In this document: in pieces, positions 51,546 through 63,740 of the stretch
Numbering within the stretch: the stretch's first letter is position 1
Layout: each line of letters opens with the position of its first letter
Assembly (NCBI GenBank): GCA_964247055.1
Contig: OZ176054.1
Location: 8,184,001-8,248,000 of the forward strand
Direction of reading: 5' to 3'
Length of the DNA: 64,000 bases
Source: Paragordius varius
Taxonomy: Eukaryota; Animalia; Nematomorpha
The notes under the pieces: model-generated
The model's input: the letters and a program-made list of their open reading frames with translations, nothing else
Database searches by the model: none
Told to the model about the DNA's origin: nothing
Position numbers and translations under genes: made by a program

Positions 51546-52913
51546 ATGAGTCAACATATTGTAAAAAACTTGACATATAATAGTCTAAATGTCACGGAAT
51601 GTTATCCCTATACGACCATTGAATTGTTTCCACGTGATCTGATTAACACTTTAAACAAGTATCTGTCGCTTATCCTATTTTTAGCTGGTTTGGTAGGCAA
51701 CTCTTACGGATTAAGACTTGTAACTTTTTCATCTTTCAATAATCGTAAGCTGAAATCCGGATTCAATACATCAACCAATTATCGTAAACTCAATAACAAT
51801 CAACTGTTGATCAAATGGTTCTTTCTAATTAATTTGTGCAATACATTACTTATGCTAATATCCCCAATTATGAAGCTCTATGGTGATGGGAGACGAAATC
51901 GTATTTGGACCAGTTATGCTTGGATATTTTTTATTTCTCACCTGCATTACCCAATCTCTAAAAGTTTTATAAGTTTTGGCTTCTTGATATATGTCTTATT
52001 TTATGGTAACCAATTATTAGCTGTTATTACACCCTACAACTATGGTCGATTAGTGACGCAAAATAAATTATATTTGGCGATCGTGGCATGTTTTATCTAT
52101 TCAGTGGCTTGGCATTGGTTTATTTATAAATGGTTTTATACCTATTCTCTGCCTATATGTTTGGACACTATTACAATAAAATCTCAAATGGTCAACAACC
52201 TTAATGAAAATTTTATAACAATGTATGCATTTAAACTTAACATAAAACTTAGGGAAGAAAAACTTTACTACTATGAATTTGCAAGAGAATTTTTCGTTAA
52301 AATTTGTCCATTCGTTGCTATCGCTCTATTTAAATGTATCATAATAAAACGGGGACAGGAAATTACACCTACCAAGGTTTCACAATTAACATCACAAAGT
52401 GAGACACCATTTGAGAATAGTCGAGGCGCCAACAAGACAAATATTTACGCCAAGTCATCAAAATCAACTTCAATTAACAATTCAAACGATGTTCATGGCA
52501 AAAAAGCGACCATATATATCATAAATCCATTAAAATACCAACATAATTCAAGCACACCTTATATCAAACAAACTGGGAGGGGAACAAGCGAGTCTACAAA
52601 TATCCGTCCACATAAAATGACATGGCATCAACGAAAAAAGCGAGAAAACAAATTACATTATAAAACAATGATAATTCTTACGGCCGAATTCATTTTCCTA
52701 TTATTACCTCTCACGATAATACAAATGGTTTGGCAAATGATTCCACCAACCGCTAATTTCGCTATAATCGCCGCTATATATATATTTTTATCATTACTTG
52801 AATATGTATATGTAACATGCACGTTTTTCATAAATTTAGTGTTTAATCCAATTTATCGTGAAATGACTCAAAATTGTTTAAAAACAGATCTAAAGTATTT
52901 TAAAATACATTAA
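51546..52913 (+). CDS. Intronless divergent class A GPCR (peptide-receptor-like)
   Basis: Seven hydrophobic segments, TM1 FLAGLVGN, N-terminal NxS/T sites, TM4 YSVAWHW, and a basic helix-8-like end (NPIYREM). The first ATG is at 51546; the track starts at a TTG at 51510. Confidence 0.8.
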   Translation: MSQHIVKNLTYNSLNVTECYPYTTIELFPRDLINTLNKYLSLILFLAGLVGNSYGLRLVTFSSFNNRKLKSGFNTSTNYRKLNNNQLLIKWFFLINLCNTLLMLISPIMKLYGDGRRNRIWTSYAWIFFISHLHYPISKSFISFGFLIYVLFYGNQLLAVITPYNYGRLVTQNKLYLAIVACFIYSVAWHWFIYKWFYTYSLPICLDTITIKSQMVNNLNENFITMYAFKLNIKLREEKLYYYEFAREFFVKICPFVAIALFKCIIIKRGQEITPTKVSQLTSQSETPFENSRGANKTNIYAKSSKSTSINNSNDVHGKKATIYIINPLKYQHNSSTPYIKQTGRGTSESTNIRPHKMTWHQRKKRENKLHYKTMIILTAEFIFLLLPLTIIQMVWQMIPPTANFAIIAAIYIFLSLLEYVYVTCTFFINLVFNPIYREMTQNCLKTDLKYFKIH

Positions 52914-54255
52914 TATCTAATATTGGAGTCATTAGTTCCATCATATATTATAAATAGTAAATTAAATTTAAATAAAGTATATTATTTATTTTATAATAAT
53001 TAATAAAGCAAAATTTATTAATTAATATTTTGGGTTAATATTTCTTGGGTTCAAATAAAGTAAAAATGCTAATTCATAAATTACATTTTTGCTTAAATTG
53101 TCAAATTTATTATAAGGTCAATTCATACAAATTTCAATTTTGAAGGAAATATTGAATTTTAAATGGCAAAAATAATTAATATTGCATTTAAAACATTATT
53201 TAGTTGGGACTAAAACCTTTTAATATTAAACATAGTCGAAAAAAATATGATGTATATTTGAATCGGGCGTCGCTGTGACTTCGTCAAAACGATAAACTGT
53301 TAATAGGATTAAAAAAAATTTTAAAATTAACTAACCATAAATTGTTGCAAAACATGTGTAATTTTATGAATAATTATAAAAGTTGTTAATGATTATAACT
53401 ATAAATTATTCGCGATTTTAGGGCCTTACGAATATGTAAACTCTGATTTATTGGAATTTTTTGGTGGAACACAGGACCCTGACTATATCGGCACACTAAT
53501 AAATGTGTAAATGGGCCATTATTAAATTTGAATGGTCATACACATTTTCCGGATAGATGTTTCAAAGCTTTGATTTTTAAAGGCTCATTCTTTGCATTGT
53601 CTGGGACTGAAGGCTAACTAAATAGTTGCTCAACCATTATCGACGCCTTAGTAATGAAATAACTAGAGTAAGAAAGGATTTTTAACAGTCGTATACGTTA
53701 ATTATGCTTAAAGCTTCTTGAAAAGCGCTTGTTTATAATCTTGCCACCTGAGATCATTATTAAAAGATAGTCTACGTTCACAATTTTTTATGTTGTTGAG
53801 GCATATTTTGCAGATTATGTAACTAAACCAGGGACAATTGAAAAAGGTGCTTGTCTATGAAAGCTTGTAAGGAAAAGTTCAATAATAATCAAATCATAAT
53901 TTTCTATACGTTTGCCGGAAATGTTTTAAAGCTATGTTGGTCACTTGAATAAAAAACGTGGTCGGAACCCATCCATAAAAAAGTGGGTGGACAATGATCA
54001 GCGCATTATCAAAATATAAGATTACAACTGTCTTCTATATTTGGCGAATTCATAAAACTAAATTTAGATAGCGATTATTGAATTTAAATGTTCCGGAAAA
54101 TTGCCTTAAAACCTTATTTTACAGTATTATTAATACAGATCTAGCCCTTTTAACAAGTCTTTCTTTGCCTTAATGTAACATATTGAAACGTATCAACTCG
54201 TTAATATTTTATGCTGCATCATATCGATAAATAATCACACCATAAATGTGAAGTA

Positions 54256-54470
54256 CAGTCATGTATACTTTACTTTATCAAAAAATATTCTTTCGTTAAA
54301 TGGGTAAAAATATTTATTAAAACAAGAGCTCTATGATATTAACAATATCGTATTCATCAGAAAAGTATAATTGCAATAGAGCTCTTGTTATTTCCATTCT
54401 TTACCAAATATTTATGACCATTTAACGAAAAAAAAAAAAAAAATTTGATAAAATAAAGGATACATGACTG
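54256..54470. mobile_element. 215-bp MITE derived from the 25431-26980 Tc1/IS630-like family
   Basis: Same termini, TA|CAGTCATGTA...TACATGACTG|TA, and the shared TIR core (aacaagagctctatg, catattcatca). Confidence 0.85.
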
Positions 54471-55800
54471 TATATACATCTATCAAAACATAATGTTAAA
54501 AAAATTAATAGCATTTAACCATTATTTTTTCGATTTCATACATTGACCCCATATAAATGAATTTTTTTTGAAATAACACTCCCATTCAGAATCACTTTTT
54601 ACCTTAGTTTTTTTAGTTCATTAATAAACCTAATTAAAAAATAATTCTTGTTTTTAACCATTTTTCTCCCAAATTTGATTTTTCCCCAAATAAAAAATTT
54701 CATATTTACTATACTAGATTGCCCATGAAGAGGAAAGTAAGTAACATAAATAACACTATGTTACCATCTGAAAAATTTAGTTCTATATAACATATTAGGG
54801 TACGGAAGAAAAAATACATTAAGAATATCAGGTCTTAAAATGTCTCAAAACTTAAAAATTAGTGTTTATAAAATACATAATCGCTATTAGGGATTTACCC
54901 TTACGATTAAAATTTATTTTATACCATACTATTAATTTAAAGAAATGAACCAAAAAAATCAGCAGTTTCTCTTTGATGATAAAAAAATTTCCCCTCTTTA
55001 TTTATAGTTTTTCAAAAAAAAATCTAGAGTATTCTATAAATAGTTATTAAAAATTTTAACATTCTTCACTGGAGGTTTATGAATTCAATGCCTGCCAAAA
55101 AAAATTATTTTTTACAACATAACATAGAAATAGGAAATATATTAGCTATTAGCAACAGGAAACTAACAGCCTAATCTATTTTATACGAGTGTATACTAGT
55201 TAGCCATTTTGTAACATTTTATCATCGTATTATAAAAAATAAGGTGACGCATTGAGGTATTTAATACTATACCCAGTTAAATAAATATCTTAAGAAGAAA
55301 ACAATTTAAAGGTAATATTCCTAGAATATATATAAGGAAATAGACAGAGAAACGATGTTTTTAAGATTGTAACTTATTTGTTCGTCCTTTGGTCCCTATG
55401 TTCATATACAAATAACATTTGAGAGAACTAGAATTCGCTGCTAAAAATTTATTAAATATAATATAAATATGAAAATAGTTACTGAGGATGCACACGCATA
55501 TAAAAATCTGTATATTTGAAAAATAATAATAATAATATTTGGTTAAATTGAGTCCCATATACGTTTAACTAATATAGAATTAATAAGATTTTTGTATTGA
55601 AACATTTTATGGAAATTATAAACTCAATAAAAATAAACATAAACTATAAATTAAATACATATTAATATGAACAAAAAAAGGATGTATACAATGTTCATGA
55701 GAGATTAATAATGTTCAAAAATTAGTATATTTGTTACTACCGAAATAAAAATTTACTTTTATCTGCAAAAATAATTAGATAATATATATCTATAAATGAT

Positions 55801-58800
55801 TTATAATGTGGATTGTAGCTGATTCAATGTAAAAGCAATGGCATCTCTGATATCCTTAGATTTTTGCAAATTTGCATTCGCGTAATTCTGTATACTTGCC
55901 AATATTTGATCAGATTGATCCGCGTGAAAACGAGAAAACTGTAGCATAAAAATGTAATACATGAAAAAAAATAAAATATTATAGGTTGTTATAAAATGTA
56001 TGTTATTACAGTCAGGTACCCTTTATTTTATCAAAATTTTTTTTCTTTAAATGGGTATAAATATTTGGTAAAGAATGAAAAAACAAGAGCTCTATGGTAA
56101 TTCTTATACATTTTTTGATGAATATGATATTGTTAATACCATAGAGTTCTTGTTTTTTCCATTCTTTACCAAATATTTATACCCATTTAACAAAATAAAA
56201 TATTTATAGGTTGGTTTTAAAATGTATGATATTAAGTATATATTACTTCTTTTTTGGCTGTTTCAGAACATTCTTGTAAATTCTTTTCAGCAAATTGTCG
56301 TATTTGTCGGGCCTATAAAAATGAAAAAAATCCACCATGATTAACAAACAGTTTTATATAAAATGGTCAAATATTTTTGAACCATTCATGGAATAAAATA
56401 TATACTTTATAAAAATAAGTATAAAACTCTTACATATTCGCGTTTGTTAGGTTTGGCTTTTTCCAATGCTTTGTTACAATTTTCAAATTCGAGTAATAAA
56501 CAATTTCTCCGATTCAAGGTGTCCTAACCAAACGATAAAATATTTATTTTATATGTATATACCTATATTTTTTGTTACGTAAAAGTTATTTAAATAAATC
56601 TTTGATATGGTTTGACACATCTAATCATTATTATCCAAAAACAGTTTTTTTAATTTACAAAATCCTTTTTTTATGTAAACAAACAATTAACATTTTAATT
56701 TAACTTTTTTAACTAAAAAAATATGATACATACTTTGTGAGATTCCATATAACGACAATAAAAATCTAGTTCAAATCCAAGCGTTAATTGGTAATAAGCC
56801 TGTAGTTCTTCATTTTTTTGCTGAAAAATAAAAGAAATCGATTAAATAAAAAAAATCGCCGTAAAATATATAAATAAAAATATTACCTTTAAATTTTCCA
56901 TCAAATTGCCAAAATTTTGCAATGTCCTAAGATTAAAATTAAATTATATATCATATAATAAATTCCTTTGATGGTATGATGATTAAAAAAAATTATTCAA
57001 AAAAATAAAGTATTTACTGATTAAAATCAAGATATAAGGTAGGGCCTTTACAGTGAGCCATTGATAATGTGGTTGAAAAATGACCACATATTTGAGCCAA
57101 TTCTAAAAATACAGGTTAGAAGTTATCATTGATTATATTATGAAAAAAGAAAAAACTTAAAAAAAAGTAATAATTACGATATATGGATTCGACTTTTTTG
57201 CTGAAAGCCTATAATAAATGATAAAAAAATAAATTATATCATTTGGCCAATATTAACAACAAGGCTAAATCCGAAAAAATTAACTTGTAAAGCATCTCTT
57301 AAAAGCGCACTGTATTCCACATTCCATGTACGCTCATGTTGAAAGAAATCGTCAAATTCCTATATATATATTTTTTATAAGCGTTATATAATAATTATAA
57401 ACTTACCATTATTTATTAATTTACAAGAAAATAAAAGACAAATTAATTCAAGACACAAATAAAAATTGTTATATCTTACAGCTTGATGGGCTTTGCGCAT
57501 TTCAGAAACAGCAGTGGTAAAACGATCCAAAAATCCCTTTTTAAATTTTCCGTGTGGCGGAGCCTATATATTTTACGATTATTAAATTTTCAAAGGAATG
57601 CGTGAATAATTTGTAAAAATAAATTAAATAATACATTCTTTTCCGTAAGAAATCTTTTCAAAGTGACATCTGATCCGAAAATTGGGTGTTGCAAAAGCAG
57701 CAAGAGATATCTGATAATATGAATTAAAATTTAAACCTTTTTATATTACAATATAAATATTAAATATTTATATTTAAATAGTTTGTATAATCAATAATTA
57801 CATTTTATTGTTATCTATGTTTAAGAATAAGGTATTAACAGTTGATATAATGTAAAATCTAATTACAATTGGAATTTGTGATATTATATTATTGTATAAA
57901 CTATATTTCTATAATTATCCAATGTTAAAGTTTGATAACTTAGATCCCAAAACAAGTAAATAATCTTAACCAATTATATTTTTTGTAATATGAGTTATAA
58001 ACATATGGGTATTAAAGTTTTTTAATAAAAATTAAATAGTAAAATGAGTCAAACCATATATTTTAAAACCGAACCTTTCCAAATTAAAGCAATCATAGTT
58101 AAAGGAATGATGAATGTGCTTGAGAATGGCATTGTCGTAGGGGGACCGAGCCAATGATTGATCAGTAACTAAAAAACGGTATTTTAATCATACTTGGAAA
58201 AACAGGCATATTTTTATTTTATACAAATCGTATTGTTGGCGTTATAAAACATTTAATTGAATAATGATTTGTCGTTTAATATTAAAGTTAAACAAGAAAA
58301 CTTTTTGGTTTTTAGTAACTAAATAATTGAAATTACTTTGGCACAAATAATATGGATAAGATAATATAAAATATTAGGCATATAAATTGACTGATTATAA
58401 TGATTAATATAAGAAAAATTAAACGTTTTCGATATGCTTTGCGATTAAAGATTATTGTTAGCGACATAAATTATCGATATAAATATCCAAGTAAAATCTA
58501 GATACAATTATAAATTTGGCTTAGGGAAAGAAAAGATTTAATAAAACCTAATAAACGTAGTGCCTTGTTAAATAATCATAATATCAAAAATCATTGTAAC
58601 ATCTATATAACAAAAAAGAGATACCAATAAAATTGGTATTGTTTGCATTGAAACCATTGTTAAGATTGGCGTTTGGATGGGTTATTTTACCCAACCCATT
58701 ATTGTTTGATGATGTATCTCCAGAATTTAATAATCCATTAACGTTGCTTTCAGAAGTGTGGGATGTGGATTGAGAGCCTATTCAAAAAATAACTATTATA

Positions 58801-59869
58801 TATAAAAATATTCGCAATTTAATGTTAGATGCATTGTCAAAATTAGCATAAAAGCAAATTTAATAATTGTATACAAAAATTATACCAGGAGGAACAGATA
58901 AATTTGGATTGGCATTTATAAGATGGAAAGATTCAATCGGTTTGGTTGGTAGTGGAGGAATCTATTTATTATATAATATATTAGAAAAGGTAAGAATATA
59001 GTTAACCGTAACTCATAAATTTTTTGATAAAATTATTTTGTTTAATCGAATTTTCGAAACCCCATCAATAAGCAAAAAGTGCTTATGGAGTAAAATTGTT
59101 GGCGGTAAAATAAAAAAATAGTGTAAAAGAGGGACATTCTCTATGATAATAAACACCATATCGAACTATTTATTTATTTTAAAGAAATTAATAGATAAGA
59201 TTAAATTATTCAAATATAAAATATGCATGAAACAAAAAGCCACCTAAATATTGTATGAGCAATATAATTAATGCATACAATAAGCCCAAGTGCTTTGTTT
59301 TGAGTTAGCAAGCAATGATCTAGCCATTCAATGTCCTCATGATATCGGTCAACAACAAAAACATCTTTTCTGCCAAACTTCTAAACACTTATACATAAAC
59401 TAAAACCTTTTGAGAACGTATCGTATAAAGAATTTTATTTGACGGTGCATTAGCTATATAACTTCCATTGCGAGATTCAGCATCGTTGTAAGAACCTGAA
59501 AAAAACAAAATTAAAGAGGGCTAATTTACCGTATTCAGAAATGGTTTCGGCTCTATCGTTTACACTGATTCGCACAACCTGAATATAATATTTTGAGGTT
59601 AATGATTTTGTTAAATCTTCTAACGGTGCAACATCCGGTCTTTTATCAACGTAATCATTTTCACTGGATGATTCCTCATCATTTTTATGGGCAGATCCAT
59701 TTAGCCCATTAGTTTCACCGGTGGCATTAGATAACACTTTTGCTTTATCTACAGGAATATCTAATTTATATGAAGTAATCAAACTATTAGCATTGTTTAT
59801 GCTTTGTTCAGGTATTTCATCAAAAATGTCAGAATCTGAATCATGGGTGGCTTCACTTTGTTGATGCAT
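55801..59869 (-). CDS. PX-BAR sorting nexin, SNX5/SNX6/SNX32-like, multi-exon
   Basis: Hand-assembled exons give PX motifs (VDRYHEDIEWLDHCL, IIPPLPTKP, ERYLLLLLQHPIFGSDVTLKRFLT) and BAR motifs (EFDDFFQHERTWNVEY, LGFELDFYCRY, DTLNRRNCLLLEFENCNKALEKAK, CSETAKKEF). The stop codon is at 55801-55803. The 5' end and the first junction are uncertain. Confidence 0.85.
56009..56200. mobile_element. Second MITE of the Tc1/IS630-like family, in the last SNX intron; right end degraded
   Basis: TA|CAGTCAGGTA start, followed by both TIR cores in inverted orientation (atgggtataaatatttggtaaagaatg...cattctttaccaaatatttatacccat). Confidence 0.75.
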
Positions 59870-59908
59870 AACAAATTGTCAGTATTATAATACATTCATT
59901 TAACAAGC

Positions 59909-60088
59909 ATGAAATCAACATTATTCTTTATTGGCATTTTGTTTGTCGCAAAAATTACCCCGATAAGCGCCGGTTATTGGGATGGAGGAGATATTCTTGC
60001 CTTACTTATTGGTTTATCCATTTCAATTATGGGAATATGTGCGTGTTTAGGATATCATGCAAGAAGAGTTGCAGGGACCATTCCATGA
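59909..60088 (+). CDS. SMIM30: Small integral membrane protein 30-like microprotein (59 aa)
   Basis: MKSTLFFIGILFVAKITPISAGYWDGGDILALLIGLSISIMGICACLGYHARRVAGTIP*. It has a signal-peptide-like N-terminus plus the SMIM30 signature GD-x-ALLxG-x3-SIxGICACLG-x2-AR. It falls below the ORF-track length cut-off. Confidence 0.88.
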   Translation: MKSTLFFIGILFVAKITPISAGYWDGGDILALLIGLSISIMGICACLGYHARRVAGTIP

Positions 60089-61237
60089 TTTATATATTCG
60101 TTCAAAACTATTTATTGTAATCTCCAGATAATTAATTTAATAGTCTTTAAAGGTGTAATAAATATATATTTATGTTTCTAAAAGGGTACTATTAAAACGT
60201 TATTTTTTTAACATGGATTCGTTTTTTTAAATTTGTTGGACCGTGGGATTCTATTTGACAGAATTGTCTGGAGATCTAATGCCCCTTTTCTATATTTTAG
60301 TTTATATTCTGTGTGCTTACCAACTTATAAGATTGTGATTTATTATACGCGTCTAGTTTCTAAGTTTCTTATTATTGGATCATTTCCCTTATTGTTTTGC
60401 ATTTTATAAGGTGTATTTTTTATTGGATTACATTCTTTAATCGGCTTCCCATATGTCCAATAATTAATTAACGTGGTGGCTGAAGTTGTAACGAAGTTTT
60501 AATACTTGATTATGGGGCAGAAAGCAAAGTGTAAAACATCAAAATGCTCCACCTATCTATATTTGGCAAATTGATCCAACAATCATGATTATCAAGAGCT
60601 AAACCTCATTTCAGAAATATTAAAAGTATGATTGATCTGCATTACAACACAAATTCTTGATCACTAAACTTTTAAACCATTTAGCCAGGTATCACAACAT
60701 CGTTGCAACAATCTAAATCTAAAACATCCATCAACCATATAACGATGCAATGTTTCAGATAAATTTTAAATAGCTTCTGTCGTTTGAAACTCGTTTGGAT
60801 TAATATGTATTGATTGGATATAGAAGGGGAATAATGATGGCAGAACTTTGAAATACCCCATTGAATAGAAGGATTGTCGTATAACATTAATGGAATAGAT
60901 TTCCAATAAAAAACATGAAAAACGGTTGAAAATAGATACTCAAATTAATTGACATATAAGTCGGTCAAAGACACCGCATCTAACCTATCAAAACACTACA
61001 TTAGATTCCTAACAATTTTGTCTACTACAGTCCTACGATGCGACTGATAAAATATCAACTATTATAACGTTATTACTTAACTATACAATGTCCTTCGACG
61101 TCAATATCAGCTTTGCGAAACAAATAACGCAAGAGAATATTTAAAGAGCTATTCGTTTTACAAAAAAAACCGCTTAAAATATAAACGCCCTTGAATCCAA
61201 AACATATAACAGCAATTAATAATTTAATTAACGATAA

Positions 61238-61590
61238 TTTAATTCCAAAATATGGAAAATAGTTCAATATATCACCCATTTAAACTAGAGTGGTTTCATG
61301 CCCAAAAAGAACCGCAAATCTATCTTGATTCTGAGACTTCATCAAACTCACCTTAACAAACCCATCTCTTATGCCTTTATCGACCTTAAAAAAACTTTTA
61401 ATTTGATGCCTATGACACATTCCTTGGGTTTGCGAAACAACGGAACGAGTTAAATCAAGATTGGCGTTATATGTTTATTTTTCAAAGCTCAATTGGTAAG
61501 GTGCGTCCATTCCTTCACAAAAAACGCCCCCAGGGCTTTCTAAGCCCTCTTTATCACCCTACCTATAACATTTTGTCAATGATTTGGTTT
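61238..61590 (+). pseudogene. Degenerate non-LTR retrotransposon (LINE) reverse transcriptase remnant; the element probably extends ~60500-62200
   Basis: Broken RT motifs occur in the expected order: LIPKYGK, GFMPK, YAFIDLKKTF, PQG..LSP, FVNDL. Multiple stops and frameshifts. Confidence 0.7.
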
Positions 61591-62757
61591 TAATGGTAAA
61601 CATTAAAGAGCAGCAAACACAAATTTAACGAAACGGGAGAGAGGGTGGGGTTGAGGTTAATGTATCATAAAAAATATTGACGAACGATAATCCTGCGCAA
61701 TATGCAGCCAATAATTCAAAACCAATGCAAAATATGGGGGTTAATTTATTAAAAGTTTTATCATGGTTATGTATGAAACTGCATTGTGCCATTCCAACCT
61801 GGGGGAAGTGAACACATTATCAATTACTGATTTCAAAATGCTATGTCAAATGCCATTGATTAAAAAATATGATAAATAAAAAAGTTTCAAATGCAAAACT
61901 GTATACACCACTTACACTATTTAATTTAACAAAACAATCAAAACAAATTCGCTAAAGGTTTCAAAAAGTTGTAAAGAAACCCGTTAAGATTAAACTGTTT
62001 CCAAAACTCGAATCTATAATTATAATAATCGATACACTCAAATGACTCTAATCGAATGCCTACTTAAAATCGCCATAGATTCGCAAGACATATTTCGTCC
62101 ATATGAAAGGCTATATTGCATAATTAATTTTTCCTCAAATCTTTAAAATCGTAAGGGCCGATTAATGAGTTTTTACTTAAGAGTAAATTAACCGTTTTAC
62201 CAAAATGGACGGTGGCGAAAAGTGATTTGTAACAGGAATGATAATTTATTTGAAGAAAAAAGCCCTTTAACAATTTAAAAGAAGTTCCCATTTGTAAAAC
62301 ATTCGTTCGCCCTATAATTAGATTAAAATAAAAAAATTTATTTAAATTACTAATGGCGAAGAACAAATATCTATATGCAATAAGAGAAATCTTTAGCATC
62401 AAATTAAGAAGCAAAAGTATTAAAATATCATTCGACAAAATTTTGCTATAATTTAATTTTTAGAGTTATCGAAAAATCATTTTTCCATAGTATTTTATAA
62501 AAAATGATTTTCATCATAGAGAGACACAATGAATTTTGAATATTCTTAAAACATCCAACCAGAAGTAAAATGGAACCGAACCGGAACTAGGCGATTGAAA
62601 CTGTATTGAAGCCTTTATATTTACTAAATTATAATTCTCATTTGCTTTTGGCTATATGGCTTAAGAACCATTTAAGAAGTTATTAACACTTTTGTAATTA
62701 TAAGAAAGAAAATTAATTTATAATTTGCAAAATACTAAGTGTGAACTACATATTTAA

Positions 62758-63326
62758 CACTTCGATTCAATTTGAGGTATCTAAATACCCCAGACTAAAT
62801 TTGAGTTAGGAGTTTGAAAAAAACTACTGAAGGAAACGGTCCCAATTTAAATTTATGCTTCTATCCTAAAAAAAATTTGCCAAAATATCTAAATGAAATA
62901 TTGTTTTGAAAAAAAAGTTCCATGTCAAACTACTTCGCCGCCATTTTTATTTTACAAAATTTTTGCAAAATATCGTCTTTATTTGATTTTAAGGTTAGAA
63001 TTAATGCTAATTTTTTATTTAAATTACAGCTAACATTGATAGAAATAGAAAAAGCGGTTTATTTTGTTTTATTTTTCATTTTACCATTGCACACATGTCA
63101 CGCTAACTAAATTTTTACCTTTCGGTTTTAGCTTAAAATAAGTTATATCAAATATTTTTGAATAATTTTTTTTATATATTTCTGTTTTTTAATGTTTTAT
63201 AAGTGCAAAATTTTGCCATAGTTTCGATTGCTTCCATATTTTTTAAAGAATTTAATTTTAAACAGACCTGCGGTAACTACCCCAATTTAATTCAAAGGAC
63301 TAAAATGAGTGTGTTGTATCCAAGTG
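62758..63326. mobile_element. TTAA-flanked piggyBac-like non-autonomous element, further copy
   Basis: TTAA|CACTTCGATTC...GTATCCAAGTG|TTAA, collinear with 18846-19429. Confidence 0.8.
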
Positions 63327-63706
63327 TTAAATACACGTAAATAAATAAATGTAACAATTGTGGTAAATTTACGTTGGTTGACTCTTAAAATTTATTTATT
63401 ATTGTTTATCTTTCATTCAAATACAACATGTAGATTTGTTGCTCGAGAAGTTTTGGTTAGATACCCATGTTCTCAAGTCTAAAATCTAGATGACACTCAA
63501 CACCACCTAAGACAAACAGACTTTAAATTAATACTATCCAATTTATTAAAAAAATACAAACAAAAGCATTTTATTTTAATTTTTTAACCATAATGCATAA
63601 ACGTTATTTGGCGCTAAAAGATTATGGAATTTTTGTTTAAATTTTACTTTCTAAGAATTTTTTTCGTGCACTGAAAGTCCAAACCAAGGGATATTAATTA
63701 TTATGA

Positions 63707-63740
<34 letters not shown>

